Shown: one piece after another, positions 51,041 through 63,861 of the stretch
Position numbering within the stretch: position 1 is the first letter of the stretch
How the letters are laid out: the number at the start of each line of letters is the position of its first letter
Assembly (NCBI GenBank): GCA_030265395.1
Contig: JARFYF010000007.1
Location: 22,284,386 to 22,348,385 of the forward strand
DNA from: Rhina ancylostomus
Lineage: Eukaryota
Direction: 5' to 3'
DNA length: 64,000 nt
Notes under the pieces: generated by a model
Databases searched by the model: none
Told to the model about the DNA's origin: nothing
The model's input: only the letters and a program-made list of their open reading frames with translations
Made by a program: the position numbers and the translations under genes

Positions 51041-51281
51041 GAGAGAAAACAAACAAGTTTGGCTAGCGCTGCTACTGCCGTGATAGGTTTGTACGCTATT
51101 GCTGCCGTCCAAATTTCATGAACCCGGTCGTTAGAGATCTACGATTTGGAGTTTTTTTACGACATCTACATTTACTATTTTTTAAATTATTTTTCTGAAG
51201 TTGGCGCCTGTTAAACCGGCCGCATTGGATCCGTCAGGGTACTGCGAGACTCCGGTGTACAACCCGGATCTCTGCCCAAAT

Positions 51282-52361
51282 ATGATTGCTGCCCAAGCCA
51301 AACTAGTCTACCACCTGAACAAATACTATAATGAGAAGTGTCAAGCTCGAAAAGCCGCAATAGCCAAGACCATCAGGGAAGTGTGCAAAGTGGTGTCAGA
51401 CGTACTCAAGGAAGTGGAAGTACAGGAGCCACGGTTTATCAGCTCCCTTAACGAAATCGACAGCCGTTTTGAAGGGTTGGAGGTAATTTCCCCCACCGAG
51501 TTCGAGGTGGTCCTCTACCTGAACCAGATGGGTGTTTTCAACTTCGTGGACGATGGCTCCTTACCTGGCTGCGCCGTGCTGAAGCTAAGTGACGGTCGGA
51601 AGAGGAGCATGTCTCTGTGGGTGGAATTCATTACAGCTTCGGGGTATCTCTCTGCACGTAAGATCCGCTCCAGGTTTCAAACATTGGTGGCTCAGGCCGT
51701 GGACAAATGTAGTTACCGGGACGTTGTGAAGATGGTGGCCGACACTAGCGAGGTGAAGCTCCGGATCAGGGACCGCTACATAGTGCAGATCACTCCCGCT
51801 TTCAAATGCACTGGGATTTGGCCGAGGAGCGCGGCGCATTGGCCGCTGCCTCATATCCCCTGGCCTGGGCCAAACCGGGTAGCGGAGGTCAAGGCCGAGG
51901 GGTTCAATTTGCTCTCCAAAGAGTGTTACTCCCTTTCCGGCAAACAGAGCTCAGCCGAGAGCGATGCCTGGGTCTTACAGTTCGCCGAGGCCGAGAACAG
52001 GCTTCTATTAGGGGGCTGTCGGAAGAAATGCCTGTCTGTTCTCAAAACTTTGCGCGATCGACACCTTGAACTCCCTGGACAGCCTCTCAATAACTATCAC
52101 ATGAAAACACTCGTTTCCTATGAATGTGAGAAACATCCCAGAGAATCGGACTGGGACGAGTCGTGTTTGGGAGATCGCCTAAACGGGATTCTACTGCAGC
52201 TCATCTCCTGTCTTCAGTGTCGCAGATGTCCACATTATTTCTTACCCAATCTAGATTTATTTCAGGGCAAACCACATACCGCTTTGGAAAACGCAGCAAA
52301 ACAAACCTGGCGCTTGGCGAGAGAGATACTCACTAATCCCAAAAGCTTGGAAAAACTTTGA
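51282..52361 (+). CDS. mab21l1: Mab-21-like 1, 359 aa, intronless CDS, cGAS-like nucleotidyltransferase fold
   Basis: MIAAQAKLVYHLNKYYNEKCQARK...LTNPKSLEKL; L1-type residues (YHLN, NEKC, MVAD, RDRY, AAHWPL, TLVSYE, LENA, LEKL); nested antisense in an nbea intron. Confidence 0.97.
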   Translation: MIAAQAKLVYHLNKYYNEKCQARKAAIAKTIREVCKVVSDVLKEVEVQEPRFISSLNEIDSRFEGLEVISPTEFEVVLYLNQMGVFNFVDDGSLPGCAVLKLSDGRKRSMSLWVEFITASGYLSARKIRSRFQTLVAQAVDKCSYRDVVKMVADTSEVKLRIRDRYIVQITPAFKCTGIWPRSAAHWPLPHIPWPGPNRVAEVKAEGFNLLSKECYSLSGKQSSAESDAWVLQFAEAENRLLLGGCRKKCLSVLKTLRDRHLELPGQPLNNYHMKTLVSYECEKHPRESDWDESCLGDRLNGILLQLISCLQCRRCPHYFLPNLDLFQGKPHTALENAAKQTWRLAREILTNPKSLEKL

Positions 52362-52856
52362 AGTTGAACATTTATACCATTTAAACCATGATTTCCATTT
52401 TATGACGTATTTAAATATCCTCGCATTTGTCGTTCAGTTGTGGCTATTGATGTTTTGTGTACCAGGAGTTCCTAGGCGAACAAGCTGACTGATTCCATAG
52501 TTTTGGATACGACTGGACTTTCTTTTTGCTAAAAGAAGATATTGCCATCAAGGTATTTGTAGATGATATTATTGGTTTATTGCTATCTGATGTGTCTAAT
52601 GGAAAAGTTTACACCTTGGCGACAGTGATCGTTTCAGATTTTGCTTGTTCATATCTTTATTACTCATTCCATCATGACTTGAATTGTTATTTAAACTATA
52701 TCCAAACGGAAGTATGAACGTTGCTTATACATAATGCTTGATTGTCGAAAACTGGAGAAAATATTGAAAATATGCACTTGGAAAACACTGGATTTGAAAA
52801 TTTTGTGACTAAAAACGTTTTGAAATTTCTGTTGCTGAAATATTTAATTTGAAGTT

Positions 52857-52875
52857 AATAAATGAAACGATTAAA
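52857..52875 (+). terminator. Candidate polyadenylation signals for mab21l1
   Basis: AATAAA 52857-52862 and ATTAAA 52870-52875, ~500 bp after the stop; usage unproven in such AT-rich DNA. Confidence 0.45.
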
Positions 52876-55800
52876 ATCCTTTCTGCCTGCAGTTTGTAAT
52901 GAATTACTTCAATCACGTATTTCATAATTGCAGGAAAAAACAAATCATTTAGTTACCCAAATTTTTTAACAGCGTACCAATAACCAATTTTAAATATTTG
53001 GATGATAACATATACAAAACGCAGCAAAATATTGCAAAATTATAGCCTGCAGAAATCTATTATATAGCTTTGACTGAGTTCATCTTTCTAAAAGTCGGCA
53101 TTATAAAATAAATTTTAATTTAAAAAAATACACAAAGGCGCACGTAAATCAAACTAAATTCAAATCTACAATAAAAAAAGAATGCAAGAAGTACTCGGCA
53201 GAATTTAGTCTACGGGTTAAAGTCTTCAGCTACGTATGTGCAAATAATATGAAATCCAGTTGTGCATCAAGCTCATGTTTACTGCAGCATCAAGTGCATG
53301 TTGCTAGTTCCTTATATCTCTGTAACAGTAGCCAAATCAATTAATTGTTTTAAAACTAAGCCTGACTGGCGGTAAATTATAATCAAAAGACATTAGTGCA
53401 TTAAATATACTACCAGACCTCCTCTTTAAGTAATTCAAAATAATGCTTGGCAAACGGGAGCGTGAAGATAACTAAGGATGGGCAAATCCACCGATATTGT
53501 CAATAAATGTGAGAAAGCTGACTTAAACATTTTGGTTTAACATATCCATATAATAAATTGCATCGTATTAAAACGTTAGAAAAATGATTAAATATCTTAC
53601 ACATCTGTATTCAACGTATGAATTTCACTGGTTATCGCAATAAGAAATAATGCAAAGGCGCATGTAAAAATATTAACTTGTTTTTCGTTGTATTTTAATT
53701 AGACCTCTGTTAGACAAAAATTTAAGAGTGTGGTACACTTTAAAAAAAATGCTTAATTTATTCTGGACACTGCGTTTATAGCTGCATATGAACATACTAG
53801 AAATATATTAAAGTGAAAATGAATTGCTACGACGCGCTTAAGAAAACAGCAGTGATTTAACGTAACCAAAATAAAGCAGGCTATTTTATAACTGCACCAG
53901 AACCACTCCATTCCACTGAGGTTTTGTTTATAAAGGGATTCTGGGACTTGGACAATTGAATATGTAATTAAAAATCAAAATTAAGTATATTCCTTAGCCT
54001 TGTTTTGTTAATGGGCGTGCACAAATGCGACCATAGAATATTTTAATCCTTCTCTTTTGGTTTCTCGTATTATCCATCCAGGCATGGCCGCATAACCAAG
54101 TTTCTGAGTAAAATCGTGTATTTTAACATAACGTTTTTGAACAGAAATACAACTGAATGATATTAATGCGTTAACTAAGGCAAAATTAAATAAGTTCTTA
54201 GTGGAAACTTCAACGAATTAAAACATGACATAAATCTGATTTCAAATTTTTGCTTAATATATCTGATTCAAATAAGGTTTAAAGAAACGAAAAGGGCCTA
54301 GTAAACTCGTTGACAGATTACTTTAAAGGCTAGCAAGTTACAGAGACTCAATTTTTCCTGCTTTATGTTCCTGCGTAAAAAAAAATTCTATACCATGGCG
54401 AAAACAAAGAATATAATTCCTCGATAACAAACTTTGTGTTCTTTGGTGGTTAGATTTTGATGAAATAGACGCAAGCTTTATTATTATTCGAATGTTAAGG
54501 AATTTTACCAAATTTACGCGCCATAGACGTTATAAAGGCAACGAATAGCATGATGTAAAATTAAAGTAAGACTAAGATAAAAATAACATGGAAGGAAACA
54601 GGTGCGTCAAAGTTTAGCATTAAAAACAAAATTCATTACAGATTGTGTTTAATTATATTCTACGAGTGTAAAACAGCAGATTTTTACAATTGTTTGATAA
54701 CATTAAATCAAAATGCAAAATCGTTGCAAACTTCCAAATGAATTGCCCTTCAAAAATCTGGTAGAAGATAAGAGTAATTCATTTGGCGGATATTGCAAAA
54801 TTGTAAATATTTGACCTGTAGGTACGAGATGAGACCACTGGAAGCAATGAAATCTGGGCCAAGGCCTAGCCAACGTGATTTGAAAAAGCTATTAACTCTT
54901 TTGTAAACCCGGATAGACTTGGGTTAAAGATCAAATCCCGTCTTTAGTTCTGCCAGTCTTATTCACTTAAGACTCATCAAAATGTATCGGCTACTTTAAA
55001 TAAACGAGTCTCAAGAGATGTACAAATCAAATACTTTCTGACGTCTGTTTGCAGCACGGAATATAACACGCTGCTACGCATGTAAAACTTTTAGAATATT
55101 CCATACAGCGTTTAAACTGACGATCAATTGAGTTTATATCTAATGAGGAAAACTACAATATTACATTGTGCAATCTGTTACCACTGATCCCAACATAATA
55201 TGAATTATTACTTTCAAAAGCACCTACCAGCATTGTTCCAACTGTGATTGTGACTGCCTAACAAAAGTTGGCTTCATCTGAAATGTTAGTTTAAAGATAT
55301 GTATCCGATATGGTTGCAAAATGCTGATCTATCAATTTTATTGCAGGTAAATAGCTCCACTGGGTTTCTTGGGCCAATATATGCAACACCAAAGGGATGG
55401 GAGTAAAATAGGGAAAGAGTTTTCACGCATCACACATTCAGACAATTTTCAAGATTGTATATATCGCAATTTTTTAAAAAATGCAGGCTGTTTTCCTTTT
55501 CCGCTGCACAATTCAGTGTTGTCAACTTAATATTGCCAAAGTATTTCGGGTAGGACCTAATTTACTTTAAGCACTTTATGAAAATGTGCATAAATGAAAG
55601 TCATTGCATCTTTTTTTCTGAATTCACCGAAAATATATGACTTTATAAAAATCGGTGCCCACCTGATTAGTATTCAACTAAAACGCGATTTCTCGGTGAG
55701 TTATATTACTGCCATACAAACGTTTAGTATTATCTTCAAAACTGAGATAATAATGTTCCCGAAAAATGGTAGTATTTTAATTTTCAGCAAAACTCCGTCT

Positions 55801-55953
55801 TTCCAAGTACAAACTATGTAATTTAGTATTTGGCATCCAGTGTTAATTAAAATAATTGAGGAAGACGAGTAATCAACAAGGTTTAAAACAGCAAAAACAT
55901 AGCACGACGTGCTGATATAAACTATTGCATCTTGCAAATATTAAATAATTTAC

Positions 55954-56090
55954 CTTTGGGTCGATTTTTTTAAACCCATGGTCATCCTCGTCCACTTCGA
56001 AATAGATTTCTGTGGTAGTGATGGACAAAGTTCCTTTAGCAACTACGACTGGTGCTATTAGCTGAGCCGGAGTACTTAGGACAACAGGCC
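55954..56090 (-). CDS. nbea: Neurobeachin coding exon, 137 bp, (G)[45 protein letters not shown]
   Basis: Manual translation; acceptor ctacttaCAG and donor AAG/GTAAAT; phase 0 end joins 4108 in frame; start of the NBEA PH domain. Confidence 0.95.
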
Positions 56091-59000
56091 CTGTAAGTAG
56101 ACATGTAAATCTTTACTCTCAGTATAAATTTTCGAGGGAATATGATTTCACATTGGCCATTTCTACGGGATAATTTGATACATTCGGTTTGAAATGATCA
56201 CCTATGAACGCTTCATCATACATCGTAGGTCAATATTCACGTGCAATCAAGGTCTTTACAGAGCATTAGGATGCACGGTAATATCAATGGAAGTACAAAG
56301 ATTTCAGGAGTAATTTTGCGTTTGATAATTTTTGTCATCTCACTATGCTAAAGATTAGTATCTTTTAGCTGATTCATAGGAGTTATCTGACCAAGATCCT
56401 GTAGATATACACGATCCCATTTTATGACAATGTCAGATATTTAGTTTATTGTTTTGATAACCCCGCATGGAACACACTTACAGTGAAGTAGAGATATCAG
56501 GATTCAAGGATATTACGCGTCTCAAAATAATCACAATAAGTACCACACTGTATTGAAAAGATTTAATGGACATATTTATTGCTCTGAATGTGCTTACTTG
56601 TGTGTTAGTATTCCTTAGTAGCTTTGAAGTAACATTTTAACGCAAATATTTTGATGACTGCCAATGTAACGGGAATAATACGTTGGGACTACTTCAGTTT
56701 TTGCCCCGCATTCCAAGGGGTACTACAAACAGTATTAGATGTTTAAGTATTCGGCACATTTCTGATCTGAGTCAGCTGACCATTATCACGTGAAATGTCA
56801 TCATCTCGATCTTGTATCCATATTATCCATCACGTCTACCCGCAACTGGCCAAACTAAAGTCTTTAGGACTGGTATTTGCTATCGATCGATACACTGAAC
56901 TGGTACTTTAATCTCTCATCAATCTTAATCTGGGTTGCTCCACCAGTTCTATTCGATATTGTTTCAAGATTACAAGTGGAATTTGTTTGTATTCCCAGGA
57001 CTCCCCACTTTTCTGCTCAGAGAAAGCTTTGCGTACAACTCGAGGCTTTATATCTCTCAGATACTTATTAATTCAGATCAGAATATTAGAAATTGACAAT
57101 TTTATATTTCTTTTTGTAGGGAAGACGCTTTCCAAATCTCTGATTATATAGTAACCCCAGTCGCAGAACACTTAAAGTGGATACAAACATTGTACTGTAG
57201 CCTGGAGGGAATTCAGAAAAAGACTGGGACAATACGAGGTTAATCCAGAACAGCCGAAAGAAAGGGATTACGTTTTAATCTCCCGAGGGATAGTGACTCC
57301 ATAATTAGAATCCAATATTAAAATGTTGGCATAAAATAATAATCAAATATGCACATATTAAGAGGTTTCAAAATAATCCACACTAACTGGAGTTCCCTTT
57401 TAACCAGATATCTTTAAACATAAACTTAGTACTAACTGAACTTTATTAGAATTCAGCTTTAAATACCGGATAATGGCACCGACTCTGACCTGATTTTACG
57501 GAAGGCTGAATCCTTCAAACGTAGAAGGCAACTGCTTGAATGCAGCTGATGCAACCTCGCAAACGTTTCTGCCTTTTTACAATGATAAAATTTACATTCC
57601 TTTTTTGTTGTATTTGAATTGTTTCAACATCGCATGTCTCGAATGCACACGTTGTTTCTTGTACCATAATGAGACGTAAAAAACAGGCAGCTAACCCACC
57701 CTATTTATGTGTATGTGGGTCTAAATCTGTCAATAACAGTTCCAAGTAGGTTCGAAGGGGCGGAAATTGATATAGAGTCATTATTGATGTGTGAATCAAT
57801 CACTTCAAGCCATTGTTCAAAGTAAAATTAATTTTCAAATTTATATACAACACCTTGCAGTGTCTTTTTTTGATATAAATTCGGTTGCAGCGAATAGGCA
57901 GCAGCAGGGCTCCTTGGTTTGACACCTGGCTGCCACCAGGATTCACCATTTGCCAGCTGTTTAACTGAACCAAACTGGCAGATTTGAGGTGGGCGACATA
58001 CAGATATAAGACAGAAGAGTAAATCTTCAGACAAAAGTGAAAATTCTGTATTGGAGCTGATATACTAAATTTAGTATTGGGGCGAGGTAGGGTACAGACA
58101 GGAAACGCGGAATGCCGGTAGCTAATGTGGGTGCGCAAGGAAAAATCATAGCTGTTTTGGAGAGATGAAGGCTTACATATCAGGGGGCCATTGGCAGGAC
58201 AAGAAAAATATAGACTAACCCCAAACCTGGAGATCACTCAGGGCTCACACTGAACGGCTCAGGTCTACAGATGCGAAGGTATCCGAGTATTACAAAATTC
58301 AATCGTACCTACCAAGTGTTTATCTGCGCTCGTTAATTTTCAGACGATTTCCAATCAGAATGGGGAAAAGAAGGGGACTGTTGAGAGCTTTACTCGGAAC
58401 CCCCAGCCCAAAGGTNNNNNNNNNNNNNNNNNNNNNNNNNNNNNNNNNNNNNNTGATTCTGATATACCCAAAGCAACAGATCAATTATAATACACAAAGC
58501 CAGAAGTCAGTGATAGCGAGTCGGGTCTGGTCCAGACAGAAAGTAGTAAATGCACATAAGGAAAGATACGGTAAAATAAACAAAAATAAAATGGAGTATG
58601 TGGAGATTACTGAAAGTTTCAATATCGAGTTGTTAGTCCACTTCTACAGTCAGCAGGAGCGTCGACATCGCGTCCCTGGGAGTGTTTTCGATTGTTGATC
58701 CTGCAAATCAACAGCACTATGCCCATCAATGGAAGGATTTATCACTTCGGTAGACGGACAAGAGCAGTTGTGGTACTGCAGGTTATTCACAAGCGAAGAA
58801 ATACGCCACATTTACCAGACTTACAGAAAAGGCTAAGTTTATGAGTTTCTTTGTCTTCATTCTTTTGACTACATACACATAGAATGTAGTTTTTATTTTT
58901 TTAAGTGAGGGGTTAGTCATACTTCTCAGCTGACGTTTAGCGTTCTTTAAATTTACCACGATTTGATCAAATAAACCAGTTCAATATTGAAGAAAATCCA

Positions 59001-61929
59001 TTAAAATAGCGTTAGTGAACGATTTAAAAAAACACGCGAATACGACGCGAAAGACATTAAACTCATGACATCTACTACCGACGTCTATTTGCAAAAAAGT
59101 TACTTTTTAACCAAGTTATATATGACATTATCTTCTTAAACTATTGTCAGATGGTTGTTTCCAGAATTTCGAAAAACAATAACTCCTCAGAGGTTATTGG
59201 TCACAGACTTTCGAATTGCCTCTGGAAATAACGATTAGCCTACAAAAAAAAAAGCGCTAGGATAAAAGTGAAATTTTGAAATAAAAAGACTGCAATTTGT
59301 GATCAAGCCACATTGGAAGTTCAGACGATCTCTCTCAACCAAGGGAAAAAAGCTACATAATATTCGTCTTGAAGTACGCGGCAATTTTATCTAAATATAA
59401 ATGGGAACTTCTACACAAATACATTCTTGGCTCTATTTATTTAACCACTAAAATATATGCATTATTTTAGAAAATAACATCTTAATAATTCTCAATCTAG
59501 TCGGTATACAAAGGTTTGTTTAATTTTATACCCTTAATGATTTAAAATGCAGCGTATTTGTTTCCTAAAGTGAACAGCAAAAAATTTCGCTTAATGTCAT
59601 TTTAAGAAATTAGAATGATTAATATTCCAGTACACCGACAGATCTTGTTCCCCGAGTTCTGGAAGTTCACGGGCTATGGATCCCACATTCAGTAGTGAGG
59701 AGGCAAACTTGTAGCCAAATTCTGCATGTGTGGACATCTCCCTAAACTGTGGACCTCCTACTCTACATAGATACGGTTTAATTACGGAGTAGATTTTAGA
59801 TACTTCGCAATAAAGTTATGCGTCAGTGCACCCATCTTCATATTACAAAGACTGTGTCCTAGACGATGTGCTAGTCCTTCATGTATTGGGAATTACCTGC
59901 TAGATTGTCGATCTCTTTCTCCTGCAATAGACTGACAGTATCGTCATCTCCTTCCAACATTAACTCGGTCTCCGTATTTTGATTTACAACTGTTTGGGTC
60001 CGGAAAGTTTTCTTCGACTTTATAATGTCCTCATCTGCAACTGCAACAGAAATTAGACACAGAAAAATAATTCATCTGCTCCCGGAGATATGNNNNNNNN
60101 NNNNNNNNNNNNNNNNNNNNNNNNNNNNNNNNNNNNNNNNNNNNNNNNNNNNNNNNNNNNNNNNNNNNNNNNNNNNNNNNNNNNNNNNNNNNCCCGGAGA
60201 TATGTTAAGTTCCGCATTTAACAGCAATATTCCATAGAAGCTAAATTTTTGTTTCCTCTTTTGGGTAATCGCTTCAAAAGCAGGATGTGAGATGCTCTTC
60301 TTTTCTGCGGAATACGAATCCTGTCGTTTGCGCAAATGTTTTGTTTTTGATTACAGGTTATATATCTTATAGCTTCAAACAGCAGGATTTCATTTCCCCC
60401 ATCCACAGAAATCAAGTTCAAGATTAAATTTAGTTTAATTTAAAGTATAAACTATGAGTTGCATTTAGACTCTCTTCCAGTTTTTACATTCACTTCAATT
60501 TTAAAGATAATAGTAAAGATATGCTAATATTCCAAAACAACATATAATATGCCGAGAAAACAAAAACTTAGGTGAAACCCATGTATTATTAAACACAATG
60601 TCCACATATTTTGCACTCATTTCTGGTATGTCAAACAATGTTGGTATTATATACAACTAAAAAAACATTTTGCACATCACTTGGCCAGTTAGCTATCAAT
60701 CCCAGATCAAAAATCTTGTCTTTTTTATGAACATGTCATATCAAGTATAAACGTAATCCAGAACAGGAGATAGTAGTTAATGGCGGGGTCACAGGGATCC
60801 AACGTGAAGGCTCACATATAAATTAAGCTTCAACGTGTCAATCACAATCCAGAGTAGAAGGCGATGAAAAGAAGGCTCCTGTTTTGAGGTCATGGTTAAC
60901 ATTTCAAAAAGGAATGGTTGAATGCTCAAGAATTCCAAAAATAAAATGATGAGAATAATTAGTCTAGTCATTATGGTGAATGCTTCATGTTTTCACTGCC
61001 CTAGACATCTAACAAACTAACAGATTATTTTGACAATTATAGCAAACCGCTACACCAAATTATTTCTGAGCTCCACCTTGTGGATAGATGCATCTGGACT
61101 TCACAATATAACTGATACTCGTTCGTACAAAAAGATATTCACTTTCTTTTATCTAGGCTCCATTTACTATTTATAAACAAATGAGGAACCGAGATGTACA
61201 GATATGTGAAAGAACGGAACAGATTTATCACTACAGATTGACATACAATGACAAAACACAATAATTAGCACATGAAGTTCGTTTTATTCTTACAGTGCTG
61301 TTTTGAAGCATTGTGGATAAACAGCACATAATCGACACAACATACAATAGTCGTCACATACAGCATGATTTCTTCCTGCCAAAGATGAAACTGACCAGAC
61401 AGCATGCAAGCAAATAAAATGAAAAACAATAATCCCAGGTTAAGGAACTTCACGTGACAGACATACAAAAAAACCCTCAGAGAATCCGTTACTTCTCTTA
61501 CATTTGTCCAGCAATGTTCACAATGTTGCTTGGTAATGGTTTACAACTGTTTATTGACTATATCTCTGCCATTACTATAGCACTTCCCAACGTCCAAAAT
61601 GCAGCAAATAAAGGCATACAAAGAACTTGTTTCAATCGGTAATTTTCTGGTTAAGTATTGTGTGAATTGTTTTCCCATTTAAAATCTGGGTAGGGATGTT
61701 AAAATTTCTGTGTCATAGAAGTAAACTGTAAGATGAAGCTTAATCGCCTGTCAATAATAAACCGGATTTCAAAATGCAGATACCAGGGCAAGATTTACAG
61801 TTCATTTTTTTTAATGCAATCTGTACGAACAGAAAATGAAAAGAAGAATGGAATGCAATGGCAGGCAGGTGCAAAAACCTTGAATGGTTCTTTGAATCAC
61901 TTGTTTCTCAATAATTGCTGCACATCTTC

Positions 61930-62160
61930 CCCTTTCCGTCACGGTCTGGCTGTATCTTCCTATTGTTATCTCCCCTCCAAACTTCTCTCACTTTCCCCAC
62001 TTTCTCTGGTTCTGCAGGGTGAAAAGTTGTTATATCTTTAACCTATTCAAGAAATGATAGAAAATAATTGATTTGGTTCTCTCACGTCACTGATGCTGGC
62101 TGAGTTGCTGAGCAATTTCATCATTTTCTGTTAATTACAGGTATCTGCAGTACGTTGTGT
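61930..62160 (+). mobile_element. Old Penelope-like terminal fragment
   Basis: Pyrimidine tract then 'gatgctggctgagttgctgagcaatttcatcattttctg', similar to 28503-28595. Confidence 0.5.
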
Positions 62161-63813
62161 TATATGTTAGACCGCACAAAAATGTACAAGTAATAACCTT
62201 CCAGATCCCCCGGATTCAAACATTCCTGAATATTGCAACAAGGACTTCATCAAAGGATTCACAAAGAGGGGAAAACCAGGGGCAATACTGAGGTAGTGTC
62301 TAGCCAACCAAGCTGAGCCACACCTTTCAAAAGGGCGGAGTCCAGGTGATTTATCCAGTCTATGCTCTCTATGCCACCACCCACCCCCCCCCCCAGCCCC
62401 GCCTTTCCTTCGTTTCACCTTCCATTCCCCTCCCTCCCACACACTAACTCTCTGGTACTCCTGCTGCGTAGTCGGTTGGCCGCGAGAGTCAGGGGATCTA
62501 TAGCAGGAGTCAGTGGGTCTGGTCAAAAACAAGAAGGGGGAGGGGATGCAATGTGCGAAATAGCTTATGGGTTGTACGTGGCCCATGTACGGTATATTAT
62601 TTGGGGGAGAAAAAACCGCTGCATTTTTTCCCTATTTGGGGACGATCAATGCATTAAAAAAGTAGCGTTAATGCATGATGCTGTTGATTGCGCATATTAA
62701 CAGCAATCATTTGACAGCTCTATTAAAAACAATCTCAAGGAACAATTCATTACCTGAAGTAAGATTCCTTCACAGCTTCATTGATTCCTTTTATGGGTCT
62801 CCAAGGTTATGTGTCATGTCAAGACATACATCAAATAAATACCATGGTTTTCCATAACGTAAATACCAGTCCTAAATAACTGTGGCGGGACTCATGCGTA
62901 ATTGTGTCGTAAATCCAACAATTACAATATTGCCATTAAAATCAATGAGGAACCTCACAGTGAAAGCGAACTTTTATTGACTTTAGTGTGGTTAGCAGTG
63001 GAAGTATGCAAATCAATGTGAAAATCGGAATATATGGCTTACCTCCTGTTCCACAAACCTAATTTTTACAAATTAGTAATGGCAAGTAATAATGATATAG
63101 CAATCTTATGACGTGCCTAGACATGTTTATCTTAATGAGCTAAAATCATGTCTAATTCAGAGTTTTAAGTTCATTTGTCCATATTTGCTTTGCATTTTTA
63201 AAAATGAGGTTAAAGTTCACTGAAATGAATAGGGCAGAGCTAGGATTTTGAAAAAATACGAATTTTCATCGGTGTGCTATCGGAACATTCTAATTCCACT
63301 TCCCAGTTTATTGCAAGCAAATTATTTTGATTGGTCTTATGAAAAATATTCTAATGGATATTCTCAATCCAAATGGAGGGAATATCATAAAATAATTTTT
63401 TCAATAATTCCTTGTCAAAGTTTTTGTCTCATTTTAAGTGCTCAAGACATTTATAATCACTAAAAAAATCATGTTATTCTATTTCCAATTACAGAATAGA
63501 TCAGTCATCCATTTAACTCCGAACATTTCCCTGCAACATGCAGGCTATAATCATTTAAGGAAGTTTGCTTCTAAAATGGCAGTTGCCTATGAATTCCCTA
63601 NNNNNNNNNNNNNNNNNNNNNNNNNNTAGCAAGGTTCACATGTCTAAAGGAAAAAAAATAACTGACATCCTAATTGTTAAAGCTGCTGAGTTCTCCAATA
63701 TTCATGCAATCAGAAGTGCATGTGTGACACTCAGAGTGAGGTATGCTGGATAATCAACACAAGTCTATTGCAACCAAAGTGATCTAACACAAAACAAAAA
63801 AAAATGCAGTGGT

Positions 63814-63861
63814 CTTTCTAAAATTGCATCCTGTACTTTCTAAAAGTGCATCCTGTACTTT
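63814..63861. repeat. 22 bp tandem duplication
   Basis: ctttctaaaa(t/g)tgcatcctgta twice, then cttt. Confidence 0.85.

Noticed and set aside
50865-51112. ORFs with ERERER or SLSLSL runs
   Set aside because: Translations of the GA microsatellite; the plus-strand ATG lies upstream of the likely start site
51585-52069. Overlapping ORFs 51585-51854 (-) and 51806-52069 (+)
   Set aside because: Shadow ORFs of the GC-richer mab21l1 CDS
51282-52361. cGAS/CD-NTase fold suggesting an immune or CBASS-like system
   Set aside because: The sequence is the highly conserved developmental gene mab21l1 in a vertebrate intron; there is no operon or effector gene
57800-58237. 145 aa ORF, and the 139 aa ORF at 62167-62586
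   Set aside because: No recognisable homology or splice context; lengths plausible by chance
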